Notes: a model not told the origin generated them from the letters alone. DNA of 60,479 bases from a virus (IMGVR_UViG_3300036781_000392:1-60479), one strand, 5' to 3'. Shown: positions 1 to 8,628, numbered from the stretch's first letter. Program-made: numbers and translations.

Positions 1-127
1 TGCCTGGTCCGAGCCTGATCGCCGCAGGTCATTGCCAGGCGGTGCCTGACCATGCCTGACCGTTGGATCTTGCTTATGGTCAGGCAGGGTCAGGCTCGTG
101 ACAGGCATTGCGAGGCTCTGACCTGCG
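1..127. repeat. Terminal direct repeat (circular assembly overlap), left copy
   Basis: 1-127 is identical to 60353-60479; 127 bp matches a common assembler k-mer overlap. Confidence 0.95.
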
Positions 128-149
128 ACGTGTCAGGCAAGGTGAGGCA
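1..149. repeat. clt-like array of 8-mer repeats (TGCCTGAC/GTCAGGCA), candidate TraB recognition sequences
   Basis: TGCCTGAC at 43 and 53, variants at 1, 12, 33 and 60341; inverted GTCAGGCA at 79 and 132, variants at 89, 100, 142; about 10-11 bp spacing; directly downstream of traB. Confidence 0.65.
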
Positions 150-160
150 GATGGCAGGGT

Positions 161-2413
161 TCAGATCCGAACAGAACGGGCGTTACTCTCTGCAACCTTG
201 AGGTCGGACAGCTGGTAGCCCATGGCGCGCTTGTCGTCGACGGTCGACACCCGCACCGACTCCAGACCCAGATCGACAGCGGCCAGCTGCTGCTTCAAGG
301 TCTTGCCAGCGCGGGCCGCGTAAGCGGTGTCCGCCTCGCCCTCGTTACGGGCGTAGCGGACAGAGTCGAAACCGGCGAGCGCCTCGCAAGCCTCCACCGT
401 CGTCACACAGCCGCGACCCGTCCGCTCCGCGGCACCGACCAGGTGGTCGATCAGCGTCGCCCGGACGATGCCGCCGTTGCCGCGAGCGCCGCCGGCCGCA
501 GCCGAGGCGCCCGTGAGACGCAGCATCTCCGCCTCCACCGGGTCGTTGTAGTGACCCGGCAGGCACCCGGCCTTGCGGCGGATCTCCGCGCCCGTCTCGA
601 TCAGCGGCAGGATCTCCCCCGTCGACTCGTCGATGAACAGGCTGCGAACCTCGACCATGCCGGTGTCCGGCGTGGTCAACCAGCCGCGACCACGGGTCTG
701 CTTGCTGTTCTCGATCTCCGACGCGTCGTAGCCGTCCCCAGCCTTCCCGTCACCGAGGATGACGTTGCTGGCGCCGGGCGACTCGACCCGGTTGGCCATG
801 CGGCCGTTGCAGTTACCGCGCAGGCGCGAAGGCACAATGCCGACCTCGGGGAACTGCGTGGCGAGGGCGACGATGATGCCGACGGCTGCGCCGACCGCCG
901 CGATCTGCGCCAGGTACTCGACGATCTCCTCTGCGTGCTCCTTCGACGGGCCCTTGGGCGCGGTGTAGGTGGCGAGCTCGTCGACGACGATCAGTTCGAT
1001 GCCGCCGAGCTTGTCGATCAGCTGCTCGCTCGCCTTGGACACCTGCAGCTCGACGAGGATCTCCGTCCGCCGGTTCATCTCCTCGACCATGACCCGGAGG
1101 AACTCGACCAGGCGCCCGGGATTGCGGCGCACGAACGTAGCGAGGACCGGCGCGAACGGTACGTACTCGCCCGTGCCCTTGCCGTCGAACAGGCGAACAC
1201 GGACACGCGGGTCGAGCATCGACCCCGCAAGGAGGTTCGCCAGCGCCATGCCCTTGCCGGACCTGGTCGCCCCTGCGAACAGCATGCTGTAGTCGCTGAT
1301 CGTCACCGAGTGCACGGTGCCGCGCTTGTCGAAGACCAGGGGAATGCCGTCTCGCCATGTGTTGATGGGCTCTGTGCATCCGATGAGCGGGGACTTGCGG
1401 ACCTTCAGGAACGGGTCCGTGAGCGCTGCCCAGATGTGAAGCCGGCCGTCCCTGTCGCCCTTCTGCAGGTCGATCTGCGACCGGGCGACCCCGAAGGCGC
1501 CCGCGATCTCGTCCTGCTTCGCCATCGCCTTCTGCGCGATCACGCCCGGCGGCAGGTCGACGATCGACACGAACGCGCCGGCCTTGTCGATCGCGGGCGG
1601 GAACACGGTCTTCGTCGTCTCTTCCTTGCCGATGACCCTCGCGGCCCGCAGCGCTTCGTCGATCATGCTCGGGGTCAGGGCGTCCCCGTCACCGAGGCTG
1701 CGGTGCACCGTGGACCAGTCGTCCTCGAGGTGGTCGGCATGCCGGCCGATGAACGCACCGGTGCCGAACGTGGCAGCCGCCGCGGCGACGACGCCGAACC
1801 ATCCCAGCTCTATGAACCCGGCGATCCCGGCAGCGGTGCACGGGGCGCAGACCGCGGCAGCGCGGATGTTCCGCCAGCGCGCCCGATCCTTCTTCGCCGC
1901 CTTGTGCATGGCGATCGCGGACTGCGCGTCAGCAGTCGCCGAGAGCGCCGCCTTCGTCGCCAGCTCCTTCTTCGTCCTCAGCATGCCGGGCGTGCGACGG
2001 GCAATGCGGTTCACCTTCCGGGACTGCTTCGTGGCGACGTGCGCCTGGTGAGCGAGCGCGTCGACCTGCACCCCCTCGAACCCGCGAATCCAGTCGACGG
2101 TCATGTGCGCGCCCCGGCCGAACTGTGCGATGTGGCCGTGGGCGGTGCCCTGCCGGCGAACCCAACGACGGGCGCCACGACGGCGGGCCCGGCAGAAAAT
2201 ACCGGCCCACTGCGCCCACCCCTCAGGGGTGCGCATCCACGTGGGGATCAGCGGGAAGTCGTCGACTGCGTCAACGCCGGCGGTCTTCTTGACCGTGATC
2301 GGGGCGGCCGGGGCCTCCACGCCGGGGAGGCCGTTGAGGACTTGGCGGGCGGATTCGAGGATGAGTGTCTTGTCGTCGGTGCCCCCTTGGGGCCGGGGGA
2401 TGAGGTCCGTCAT
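161..2413 (-). CDS. traB: TraB-type FtsK/SpoIIIE conjugative DNA translocase
   Basis: Walker A AGATRSGKG, 'LFDGKG', Walker B IVVDE, 'ALATQFP', N-terminal TM segments, C-terminal wHTH-like region; AICE-like neighbourhood. Confidence 0.88.
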   Translation of the reverse strand: MTDLIPRPQGGTDDKTLILESARQVLNGLPGVEAPAAPITVKKTAGVDAVDDFPLIPTWMRTPEGWAQWAGIFCRARRRGARRWVRRQGTAHGHIAQFGRGAHMTVDWIRGFEGVQVDALAHQAHVATKQSRKVNRIARRTPGMLRTKKELATKAALSATADAQSAIAMHKAAKKDRARWRNIRAAAVCAPCTAAGIAGFIELGWFGVVAAAAATFGTGAFIGRHADHLEDDWSTVHRSLGDGDALTPSMIDEALRAARVIGKEETTKTVFPPAIDKAGAFVSIVDLPPGVIAQKAMAKQDEIAGAFGVARSQIDLQKGDRDGRLHIWAALTDPFLKVRKSPLIGCTEPINTWRDGIPLVFDKRGTVHSVTISDYSMLFAGATRSGKGMALANLLAGSMLDPRVRVRLFDGKGTGEYVPFAPVLATFVRRNPGRLVEFLRVMVEEMNRRTEILVELQVSKASEQLIDKLGGIELIVVDELATYTAPKGPSKEHAEEIVEYLAQIAAVGAAVGIIVALATQFPEVGIVPSRLRGNCNGRMANRVESPGASNVILGDGKAGDGYDASEIENSKQTRGRGWLTTPDTGMVEVRSLFIDESTGEILPLIETGAEIRRKAGCLPGHYNDPVEAEMLRLTGASAAAGGARGNGGIVRATLIDHLVGAAERTGRGCVTTVEACEALAGFDSVRYARNEGEADTAYAARAGKTLKQQLAAVDLGLESVRVSTVDDKRAMGYQLSDLKVAESNARSVRI

Positions 2414-2453
2414 GATTACTGATCTCCTGTGCTCGTGAGTGGGTCAGGGGGCC

Positions 2454-2497
2454 CGGGGCGGCCGGCACTTGCTTGGCGGCTGGACGGCCGCCCCGGG
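2454..2497. terminator. GC-rich stem-loop between the spd-like gene and traB
   Basis: CCCGGGGCGGCCG...CGGCCGCCCCGGG inverted repeat. Confidence 0.45.
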
Positions 2498-2503
2498 GCG
2501 GAG

Positions 2504-3877
2504 CTACTTGGCGATGCGGGCGGAGACTGACTTGCGGGCGGTGCCGCTGGCGGCGGCCGTGCGGTACTCGGACCGCTCCCTCATGACCCGGTCGCGCAGC
2601 CGAGCGCCACTTCCCTTGCGGATGTGCATGCGGCTCTCGAGCTGCCGCGCGGACACGGGCTTGCCCTCCGCGTAAAGGTCTTCGGCCACACTCAGAGCCT
2701 CCGGCAAGCGCGCCTCCAACTCCTCTTCGGACAGTTCATTTCCAGTGCCCCCAGAACGGGCCTCGCGGGCTTCCTGCGGGCCGTTCTCGGACGCACCCTC
2801 AATCGCGTACAACCCGCCCCCCGTCTGGCTTGTAGGGCCCTCAGGGAGGCTCGCGAAACCAGGCAGCGGAGACACCGGTCCGAGAGTCGGGAACACGTTC
2901 GGCAGAGGGCTCAACGCGGTCGCCATGAGGCCGTTGCGGAGAAGCTCCGGACGAACGTGCTCGCCCAGTTCGAACGCCGCCCCGAGCGCCACCCGAGACG
3001 TCGTCGCCGTCGTGTACAGCTCCGCCGACATACCCGGCTCGGCACCCCGGTGGATACGCCACGCCGTCGCGAACGCTTCCTCGTCCGTGATCTGTCCGAA
3101 GGGCAGCGCCGACAGAAGACGGTCCGCCTCCTTCGCGATGTCCTTGTGATCCTTCCGGCGCTTCGCCAGGTGCTCCGCGCGCGCCTTCTCCGCTGCGCGG
3201 TGCTCCTTCGCCTCCCGACGCTCGGCCTTCGTCCGGCCGTTCGTGCCGTGCATCTTCAAGTCCCAGATGCCGAACGCCACGAGCGACGAAGCACCGAGGA
3301 CGTAGGCGACCCACGGGTGCTGCACGTACTGCTCCTGGCCGTGCCAGAAGTTCACCGCCGACGCGGCCAGCGCGAAGAGCCAACCGGCGGCCCGGAACTT
3401 CCCGGCCCCCCGCTCCTTGTCCTCGGCCTGCTTCGCCATGAACGTCACCGCCCACGCCGAACCCTCGAGCATCGCCGCCAACAGCGCGGCCAACGCGACG
3501 TTGACATCCGCACCCGACAGCGCCGACACCTGGCTGACGACAGCCGGGATGATCGAGGCGGCCATGACGAACGCCACGAACGGCGTCGACGGATTCGCCT
3601 TCAGCCAGCGCACGTGGCGCGCCCGCTTGGCAGCAGCAGCAGCCTTGCCCTGCGCCTTCTTCGCGTCGCGCTGCCGCTGCTCCTCGCGCCTGACCCGACG
3701 CCCCTCCGCGTCAGCGCGGCGCTGCCGCTCCTCCGCGGCCTCCCGGTCAAGACGCTTCTGATCGGCGTCGATCTCCTTGGCCTTCAGCTGAGCCTCCAGC
3801 AGGAGGCGACGGTCTTCGCGGGCCTGTTCGGCGCTCTGCGCCCGGTCGGCGCGGCGCTCCTCGGTCCAGTTGCTCAT
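2504..3877 (-). CDS. DUF2637/Spd-like membrane protein (coiled coil, about 4 TM, C-terminal HTH)
   Basis: Charged coiled coil, hydrophobic helices with 'SAVNFWHG', C-terminal 'VSARQLESRMHIRKGSGARLRD'; adjacent to traB. Confidence 0.7.
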   Translation of the reverse strand: MSNWTEERRADRAQSAEQAREDRRLLLEAQLKAKEIDADQKRLDREAAEERQRRADAEGRRVRREEQRQRDAKKAQGKAAAAAKRARHVRWLKANPSTPFVAFVMAASIIPAVVSQVSALSGADVNVALAALLAAMLEGSAWAVTFMAKQAEDKERGAGKFRAAGWLFALAASAVNFWHGQEQYVQHPWVAYVLGASSLVAFGIWDLKMHGTNGRTKAERREAKEHRAAEKARAEHLAKRRKDHKDIAKEADRLLSALPFGQITDEEAFATAWRIHRGAEPGMSAELYTTATTSRVALGAAFELGEHVRPELLRNGLMATALSPLPNVFPTLGPVSPLPGFASLPEGPTSQTGGGLYAIEGASENGPQEAREARSGGTGNELSEEELEARLPEALSVAEDLYAEGKPVSARQLESRMHIRKGSGARLRDRVMRERSEYRTAAASGTARKSVSARIAK

Positions 3878-4107
3878 CGTGTGCTCCTACGGGTGACGAA
3901 GAGATAGAAGGCGGTGAAGGCCGCTGCTGGGATCAGGACTGCCGGGTTGATCAGCACGCCGAGCACGGCGCACAGGATCGTCGCGACGGGCACCTGGATC
4001 TGCGTCAGCAGCAGCGCCATGAGGACGAGAAGGACTCGACCTCCGGGACGGAGCGTCCGCCGCGGGGATGCGGGGGGCGCCTGATGGCGGGTGAATGTCG
4101 GGCCCAC
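3874..4107 (-). CDS. Small Spd-like membrane protein
   Basis: 77 aa with two hydrophobic stretches; stop overlaps the next start. Confidence 0.6.
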   Translation of the reverse strand: MGPTFTRHQAPPASPRRTLRPGGRVLLVLMALLLTQIQVPVATILCAVLGVLINPAVLIPAAAFTAFYLFVTRRSTR

Positions 4108-4212
4108 GGTGGGCTCCTCTCTAGGTAGTCGGTGGACAGTGGTCGGTGCCCTCGTCTGCCTTTGCAGCTACGCCCGTGATCGACGGACGAGGGTTGAGGT
4201 GGTGCCTGTGCC

Positions 4213-4803
4213 TCAGCTCTGTTCTCGTGCTTTCCGGTTCGCACGGACTGTCCTGGAGTGCTCCGTGTTGGCCGCCCTGCACTGCTCGCATCGACAGCCC
4301 TGCCGGTACCGCCACCAGCCGTGCCGAACCTCGACGACGTTGTTCTGGGGCTTGGCTGGTCGGGCTTGGCGCCGTCGTTCGTGGTAGCGCCTGTCGATCT
4401 CTCGCTTGCACGTCCGGCAGACGCGATGGCCGTCGGCGGCGATGGAGGTGTTGGCCTCATCGAACGGGTGGCCGCTATCGCACTGTTTCTTGCGGGCGTT
4501 TGCGGCGCTGAAGGATGTCCCGCGCAGGATGTTCTCTGCGTTCGTAACGGGCTCCAAGTGCTCAGGGCGCACGCAGGCTCGGTTCCGACACAGGTGGTCG
4601 ATCACGAGCCCTTCAGGTATGGCGCCGTGAGCTGCCTCGTAGGCGAGTCGGTGAGCCTGAAAAGCCTTGCCCCGCAAGCTGAATCGTCCATACCCGTCGA
4701 CATCCACGCTGCCCTGCCAGGTCCAACAGGCGTCTTGCATCTCGACGCGCGCCCGGAAGCGGACCAGGTCCGCGTCGGTCATGTCGAAACTGTTGCTAGG
4801 CAC
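4213..4803 (-). CDS. HNH (His-Me finger) homing-type endonuclease
   Basis: CWTWQG...GYGRF...AHRLAY...DHLCRNRACVRPEHLEPVTNAEN, plus Cys-rich C-terminus. Confidence 0.9.
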   Translation of the reverse strand: MPSNSFDMTDADLVRFRARVEMQDACWTWQGSVDVDGYGRFSLRGKAFQAHRLAYEAAHGAIPEGLVIDHLCRNRACVRPEHLEPVTNAENILRGTSFSAANARKKQCDSGHPFDEANTSIAADGHRVCRTCKREIDRRYHERRRQARPAKPQNNVVEVRHGWWRYRQGCRCEQCRAANTEHSRTVRANRKAREQS

Positions 4804-4860
4804 TGGCAGGATCCCTTCGTGATTGTTAGCGCCACGGCTGGATGCCGGCTGGCGTGCTGG

Positions 4861-5062
4861 TCAGTTGCCGTGCGTGCAGTTCGGGTCGCAGTCCCGCGAG
4901 TCGCAGATGGTGACGGTGCCGCAGCCGATCGCCTTGCTGATCCCGTTTGGCGATCCGTCCGCCGGTCTCGCCGGCGACCTGACGACCGGCCCCCTGCAAG
5001 CGCCGGGAGATGTACTCCGGTGCGGACATGTCGTTCTCCTCGCGTGCCTGACGTCCGAACAT
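4861..5062 (-). pseudogene. Small Cys-rich protein with a probable +1 frameshift
   Basis: Good RBS at 5062; GC3-rich frame switches at GCCAAAC (about 4947); removing one A gives ...GRIANGISKAIGCGTVTICDSRDCDPNCTHGN*. Confidence 0.5.
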
Positions 5063-5137
5063 GTGGTGCTCCTTCCTGGACCGGGACTGTCCCGGCTCCC
5101 CTCACCGCCGGTACGGGACCGGCGGATCGGGCAACCG

Positions 5138-5407
5138 TCAGGCCGCGTTGGAGGGCAGGTCGTAGCGGATGCCGCGGATCCTGTCGGCGGCGTAAAGCGC
5201 CAAGGCCACGACCAGACCGAGCGATGCGAGGGGCGGGGCGGGCAGCTTTTGCGCGAGCTCCATCACCCTGGCGTCCGCGGCTGCCCACTCCGGGGAGTCG
5301 ACGCCGTGGCTGGCCTCGATCGCGTCCAGCTCATCGAGCGCTGCAGAGTGCTCCGCCTCGACCGCGGCCAGGGCGGCCTTCCGAGCGGGGGTCTTGAATC
5401 CGAACAT
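5138..5407 (-). CDS. Hypothetical protein of the transfer operon
   Basis: GGAGG RBS, GC3 bias, 'ELDAIEA' motif, C-terminal hydrophobic segment. Confidence 0.6.
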   Translation of the reverse strand: MFGFKTPARKAALAAVEAEHSAALDELDAIEASHGVDSPEWAAADARVMELAQKLPAPPLASLGLVVALALYAADRIRGIRYDLPSNAA

Positions 5408-5493
5408 GTGGGTCCTCCGTTGAGTGGTTGGTGCGGATGGTCTGGTCGTGCTCGGCACCGTCCGGCCCGGAGGCCGGGCGGCACCGGGCTCGG

Positions 5494-5718
5494 TCAGGCC
5501 GCAGCCGGGTAGCTGGGGGCTTCGACGCCGGCCAGGACCGGCGCCTCACCCGGGTGCCGCTGGTCGTAGTCCGAGGCGAGCGCCCCGATGTGCGCCATCC
5601 CGAGCCGGTCCCAGCGCTCCAAGGCGTGCAGGTAGCTGGTCTGGAGCTCGGCCCGGCGGGCCTGGTCGGCCTCGTAGGCGTCAAGGTCGGACGTGATGAG
5701 ACGCAGGTGCGGAGACAT
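5494..5718 (-). CDS. Hypothetical protein
   Basis: RBS and GC3 bias (MSPHLRLITSDLDAYEAD...). Confidence 0.65.
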   Translation of the reverse strand: MSPHLRLITSDLDAYEADQARRAELQTSYLHALERWDRLGMAHIGALASDYDQRHPGEAPVLAGVEAPSYPAAA

Positions 5719-5890
5719 GGGGGTGCCTTTCAACTGAAGTGGATGGGTTGGTAGCCGCCGCCGCGGGGACGGGGTGGACACCGCGACGGCGGCCGAACAG
5801 GGAGTGGAGCGGTGGATCAGCGGGTCGGGTTCTCGCTGCGCTGGTTCTTCTCGCGAAGCTCGCGGAGCATCCGCTCGCGGTCGGCGTCGG

Positions 5891-6079
5891 TCATCGCGCC
5901 CACCCGCTCGGCTGCTCGGCGTTCGCGGCGGCCGACTCGAAGGCGGCGCGGGCAGACATGCCGTACACCGGCAGAGCGTCAGCCATCGGGTGAGTCGGAT
6001 CCCCGGCGATCTCGATGGCGAAGCGCACGTTGCCCTCGCCCCGGGTCTCCTCGGCCTGAGCGAAGAACGGATTCGACAT
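5891..6079 (-). CDS. Hypothetical protein
   Basis: Operon-packed small ORF with GC3 bias. Confidence 0.5.
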   Translation of the reverse strand: MSNPFFAQAEETRGEGNVRFAIEIAGDPTHPMADALPVYGMSARAAFESAAANAEQPSGWAR

Positions 6080-6084
6080 CACCG

Positions 6085-6222
6085 TCACCACCCCCGCACA
6101 GCGATGGCGCGGCGACGGGCACGAGTCTCAGTGGGAAGCGGGCGGGCGTCGGCCTGACGGGCACGGCGCAGAGCCTCATCGGCCTGGGAGGGCGAGGTGG
6201 GCTTCGGGGTCTTCTCGGTCAT
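6085..6222 (-). CDS. Hypothetical protein
   Basis: TGATG coupling to the upstream HTH gene. Confidence 0.45.
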   Translation of the reverse strand: MTEKTPKPTSPSQADEALRRARQADARPLPTETRARRRAIAVRGW

Positions 6223-6455
6223 CAGGCCACCTCCGACATCGAAGGCGGGGTGACGGCGGCGGTGTCGAGGAACGCCGCGAGCGACGCCTCCAGGACGCGG
6301 AAGCGGGGGCGGCCCTGCCCCTTCGCGATGTCGATCGCCGAGAGGCGGCCGGTACGGATGAGTTGGCGCACGTGCTGAGTGGTGCTGCAGAGGCGGCGAG
6401 CCACCTCGCCGGTGGTCAGGTAGTCGCCCGGAGGGGCGACGGAGTTGGACGTCAC
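6222..6455 (-). CDS. Excisionase-family HTH DNA-binding protein
   Basis: YLTTGEVARRL...VRQLIRTGRLSA...RFRV, typical of HTH_17/Xis. Confidence 0.85.
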   Translation of the reverse strand: MTSNSVAPPGDYLTTGEVARRLCSTTQHVRQLIRTGRLSAIDIAKGQGRPRFRVLEASLAAFLDTAAVTPPSMSEVA

Positions 6456-6518
6456 TGGGTTCTCCCCTGAGGTCGACTGGGGCTGACACCCATAGCTTGG
6501 CAGATTGATATGCAGCAA

Positions 6519-6534
6519 TCAATGGCTCTAGAGC
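6519..6534. promoter_or_regulatory. Candidate GntR/KorSA operator upstream of the transfer operon
   Basis: TCAATGGCTCTAGAGC contains the palindrome GCTCTAGAGC, which recurs upstream of the GntR gene. Confidence 0.6.
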
Positions 6535-6561
6535 ACATACAACGAATCTAAGACAGCAAAA

Positions 6562-6589
6562 GGCCCCCACCCCGTGCGGGGTGGGGGCC
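6562..6589 (-). terminator. Intrinsic terminator after the GntR gene
   Basis: GGCCCCCACCCC-gtgc-GGGGTGGGGGCC followed by TTTT on the minus strand. Confidence 0.75.
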
Positions 6590-6601
6590 AGAAGGTGCAG
6601 G

Positions 6602-7360
6602 TCAGGCCTCGAAGTCGTACACGAGGAGGAACTTCGAAGCGTCCAAAACCATTCGGTTGATCTCGACGACACGCCCGTCGGCTCGCATCGCGGAGCGGTG
6701 CTGCTCGATGACCGGCGCACCGGAGGCGAGCTTCAGGTCGTCGACCTCGGGGGGCGTCGCCAAGCGGCAACGAACCTGCTCGCGGAACTTCACCGGTCCG
6801 TGTCCGGCTTCACGCAGGCGGGCGTAGATGCCGCCCGGGCCAGCGTCGCTCTCGGTGATCCGAGTGTCGTGCGCCAAATCGTCCGGAATGTAGGAGGTGG
6901 CGCGCATGACGATCTCACCGTCCACCACGTACCGCCGATCCCGCTTCCAGACGCGGGCGTCAGGGTCCATGTCGAGCGCGCGGGCCACATCGTCTTGAGC
7001 GTTGATCAGTTCGACATCGGTCCGGCCGAGCACCGTCATGCGGCGGTCCTCGATGTCGACCTCCCACATCGAGCGTCCTTCGCCCCACTGGCTCGCCGAC
7101 AGCCGCTCCAGAGCGTTGCGCACGATCGGGCGCCACTGTGTCAGCCACCAACCGGATCCGACGCGGGACTCGACGAGACCCTCATCCTTGAGTACGCCGA
7201 GCGCCTGCCGGACCGTGGCCAGTGACGCTCCGTACTCCGTACTCAGGTCGCGCTCCGGAGGCAGCTTCCGTTTCTCGTCGAACGCCCCGCTCTTGATGCG
7301 ATCGCGCAGCTCGCCGGCGATGACCCGGTACTTGTGCGGCTCGCCGGCCTTTGGTGTCAC
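6602..7360 (-). CDS. KorSA-like GntR (HutC/UTRA) transcriptional repressor
   Basis: GntR wHTH (KLPPERDL...TVRQAL...GSG) plus UTRA domain ending 'LVYDF'; typical of pSAM2-type elements. Confidence 0.9.
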   Translation of the reverse strand: MTPKAGEPHKYRVIAGELRDRIKSGAFDEKRKLPPERDLSTEYGASLATVRQALGVLKDEGLVESRVGSGWWLTQWRPIVRNALERLSASQWGEGRSMWEVDIEDRRMTVLGRTDVELINAQDDVARALDMDPDARVWKRDRRYVVDGEIVMRATSYIPDDLAHDTRITESDAGPGGIYARLREAGHGPVKFREQVRCRLATPPEVDDLKLASGAPVIEQHRSAMRADGRVVEINRMVLDASKFLLVYDFEA

Positions 7361-7383
7361 GGGCTCTCCTTGGGATCGATTCA

Positions 7384-7474
7384 TCTAGAGCAACGCTACC
7401 TGCTCCATATCACTGCTGGTCAATCTGTGGGTAATGCGCCCCCCGAGAGGAGCTGGCGTCAATTGCTCTAGAGC
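7384..7474. promoter_or_regulatory. Candidate autoregulatory operators
   Basis: TCTAGAGC at 7384-7391 and TCAATTGCTCTAGAGC at 7459-7474. Confidence 0.55.
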
Positions 7475-7545
7475 GCTACGGTGGCTCGGTAGCCAGTTCG
7501 TCACCGAGGGCGAATGACCTCTTGCTGTTGGAACCCGGGAGGATC

Positions 7546-8064
7546 GTGTCTGCACCAGAACGCACCGCGCTGTATCGCCTGTACGACGCCGACGACCAAC
7601 TGCTGTACATCGGGATAGCCAAGGATCCAGAAGCCAGGTGGGCAAGCCACGCGACCACCACCCGCTCGTCGAAGTGGTGGCACCTCGTGGCCAGGAAGAC
7701 GGTCGAGTGGCTGCCCTCTCGGGAGGCTGCGGATGCCGCTGAGACCAGAGCCATCGCGGCCGAGAATCCCTACTACAACCAGGCCAAGCGGGACGACGTA
7801 TCGAAACGACGCTTCCGGTTCTACTCCAAAGAAATCCGTTGGGTGAGCGTTCATCTTGACCCTGCATCCGTGCAGGTAGCACGAATCATCAAGGCTGAGA
7901 TCGCAAGTGGCGCTATCCCCACTGGGGCCCTCATGCCAACGGCCCGGCAGCTCGCAGAGCGCTTCGGAATCACCGACCAGACCATGGGGAAAATGCTGCG
8001 AACCCTTGCCGACGAGGGCGTCATCCATCAGAAGAAACCGCGAGGACGCTTCTACTGCTCATGA
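7546..8064 (+). CDS. GIY-YIG nuclease fused to a C-terminal GntR-type wHTH
   Basis: ALYRLYD...LLYIG...R...H...E.RAI..ENP.YN, then 'GALMPTARQLAERFGI'. Confidence 0.8.
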   Translation: MSAPERTALYRLYDADDQLLYIGIAKDPEARWASHATTTRSSKWWHLVARKTVEWLPSREAADAAETRAIAAENPYYNQAKRDDVSKRRFRFYSKEIRWVSVHLDPASVQVARIIKAEIASGAIPTGALMPTARQLAERFGITDQTMGKMLRTLADEGVIHQKKPRGRFYCS

Positions 8065-8143
8065 GAAAGGCCGGATGGTCGCCACCATCCGGCCGAAGCA
8101 ACCAGCGGGTCGCTGCCCGCTGATCAACGAGATTGGAGTCTCG

Positions 8144-8584
8144 ATGACAACTGTACTGCCTGAAGCCCTCGTCGCGCCTGCTCCCGGCCTGCCCCGGACG
8201 TGGCTGCGTCACATCACGGGCGGCGGCCAGATCGTCGAAACCTGCCCGTCCTGGTGTACCGATTCCCACCGCACCGACACTCACGGCGCCTTGGATGACC
8301 TGCAGCACGGCCGGTCCATCCAGGGCGTGTCGCTGCCCGCATTCGACTGGGCGAAGGGCACGGTCGGCGTGCAAGTCCTGCCGGTGCGCCTGGCCGTCGA
8401 CCCGTACAGCGCCGAGCCCGAGCGGGCGGTGCCGCACATCCTCGTCGAGGTCGCCGCCGACGAGTACAGCCTGCCGCTGTCGCCCGCCGAGTTCGCGGCA
8501 ATGCTGGGGTCGGTCCGGGCTCACCTCGACTGGCTGCAGGATGCGGTGCTCGGGCAGCTGGTGGCGGCGCGGGCCGTGGCCTGA
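8144..8584 (+). CDS. Hypothetical protein (DUF6907-like)
   Basis: 'CPSWCTDSH' motif, RBS, GC3 bias. Confidence 0.65.
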   Translation: MTTVLPEALVAPAPGLPRTWLRHITGGGQIVETCPSWCTDSHRTDTHGALDDLQHGRSIQGVSLPAFDWAKGTVGVQVLPVRLAVDPYSAEPERAVPHILVEVAADEYSLPLSPAEFAAMLGSVRAHLDWLQDAVLGQLVAARAVA

Positions 8585-8595
8585 CATCTGGCATG

Positions 8596-8628
8596 AACCG
8601 GCCGGGATGCGTTGATTCCCGGCCGGTT
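8596..8628 (+). terminator. Stem-loop
   Basis: AACCGGCCGGGA...TCCCGGCCGGTT. Confidence 0.55.

Noticed and set aside
443-2422. Long plus-strand ORFs antisense to real genes (also 2624-3907, 51653-53092, 54038-55744, 55342-56799 and 25492-27003 on minus)
   Set aside because: Typical shadow ORFs of high-GC coding DNA with no motifs
5054-5411. Repeated TCCGAACATGTGG as SOS boxes
   Set aside because: Both copies are the starts of genes beginning MFG, and the second half-site is missing
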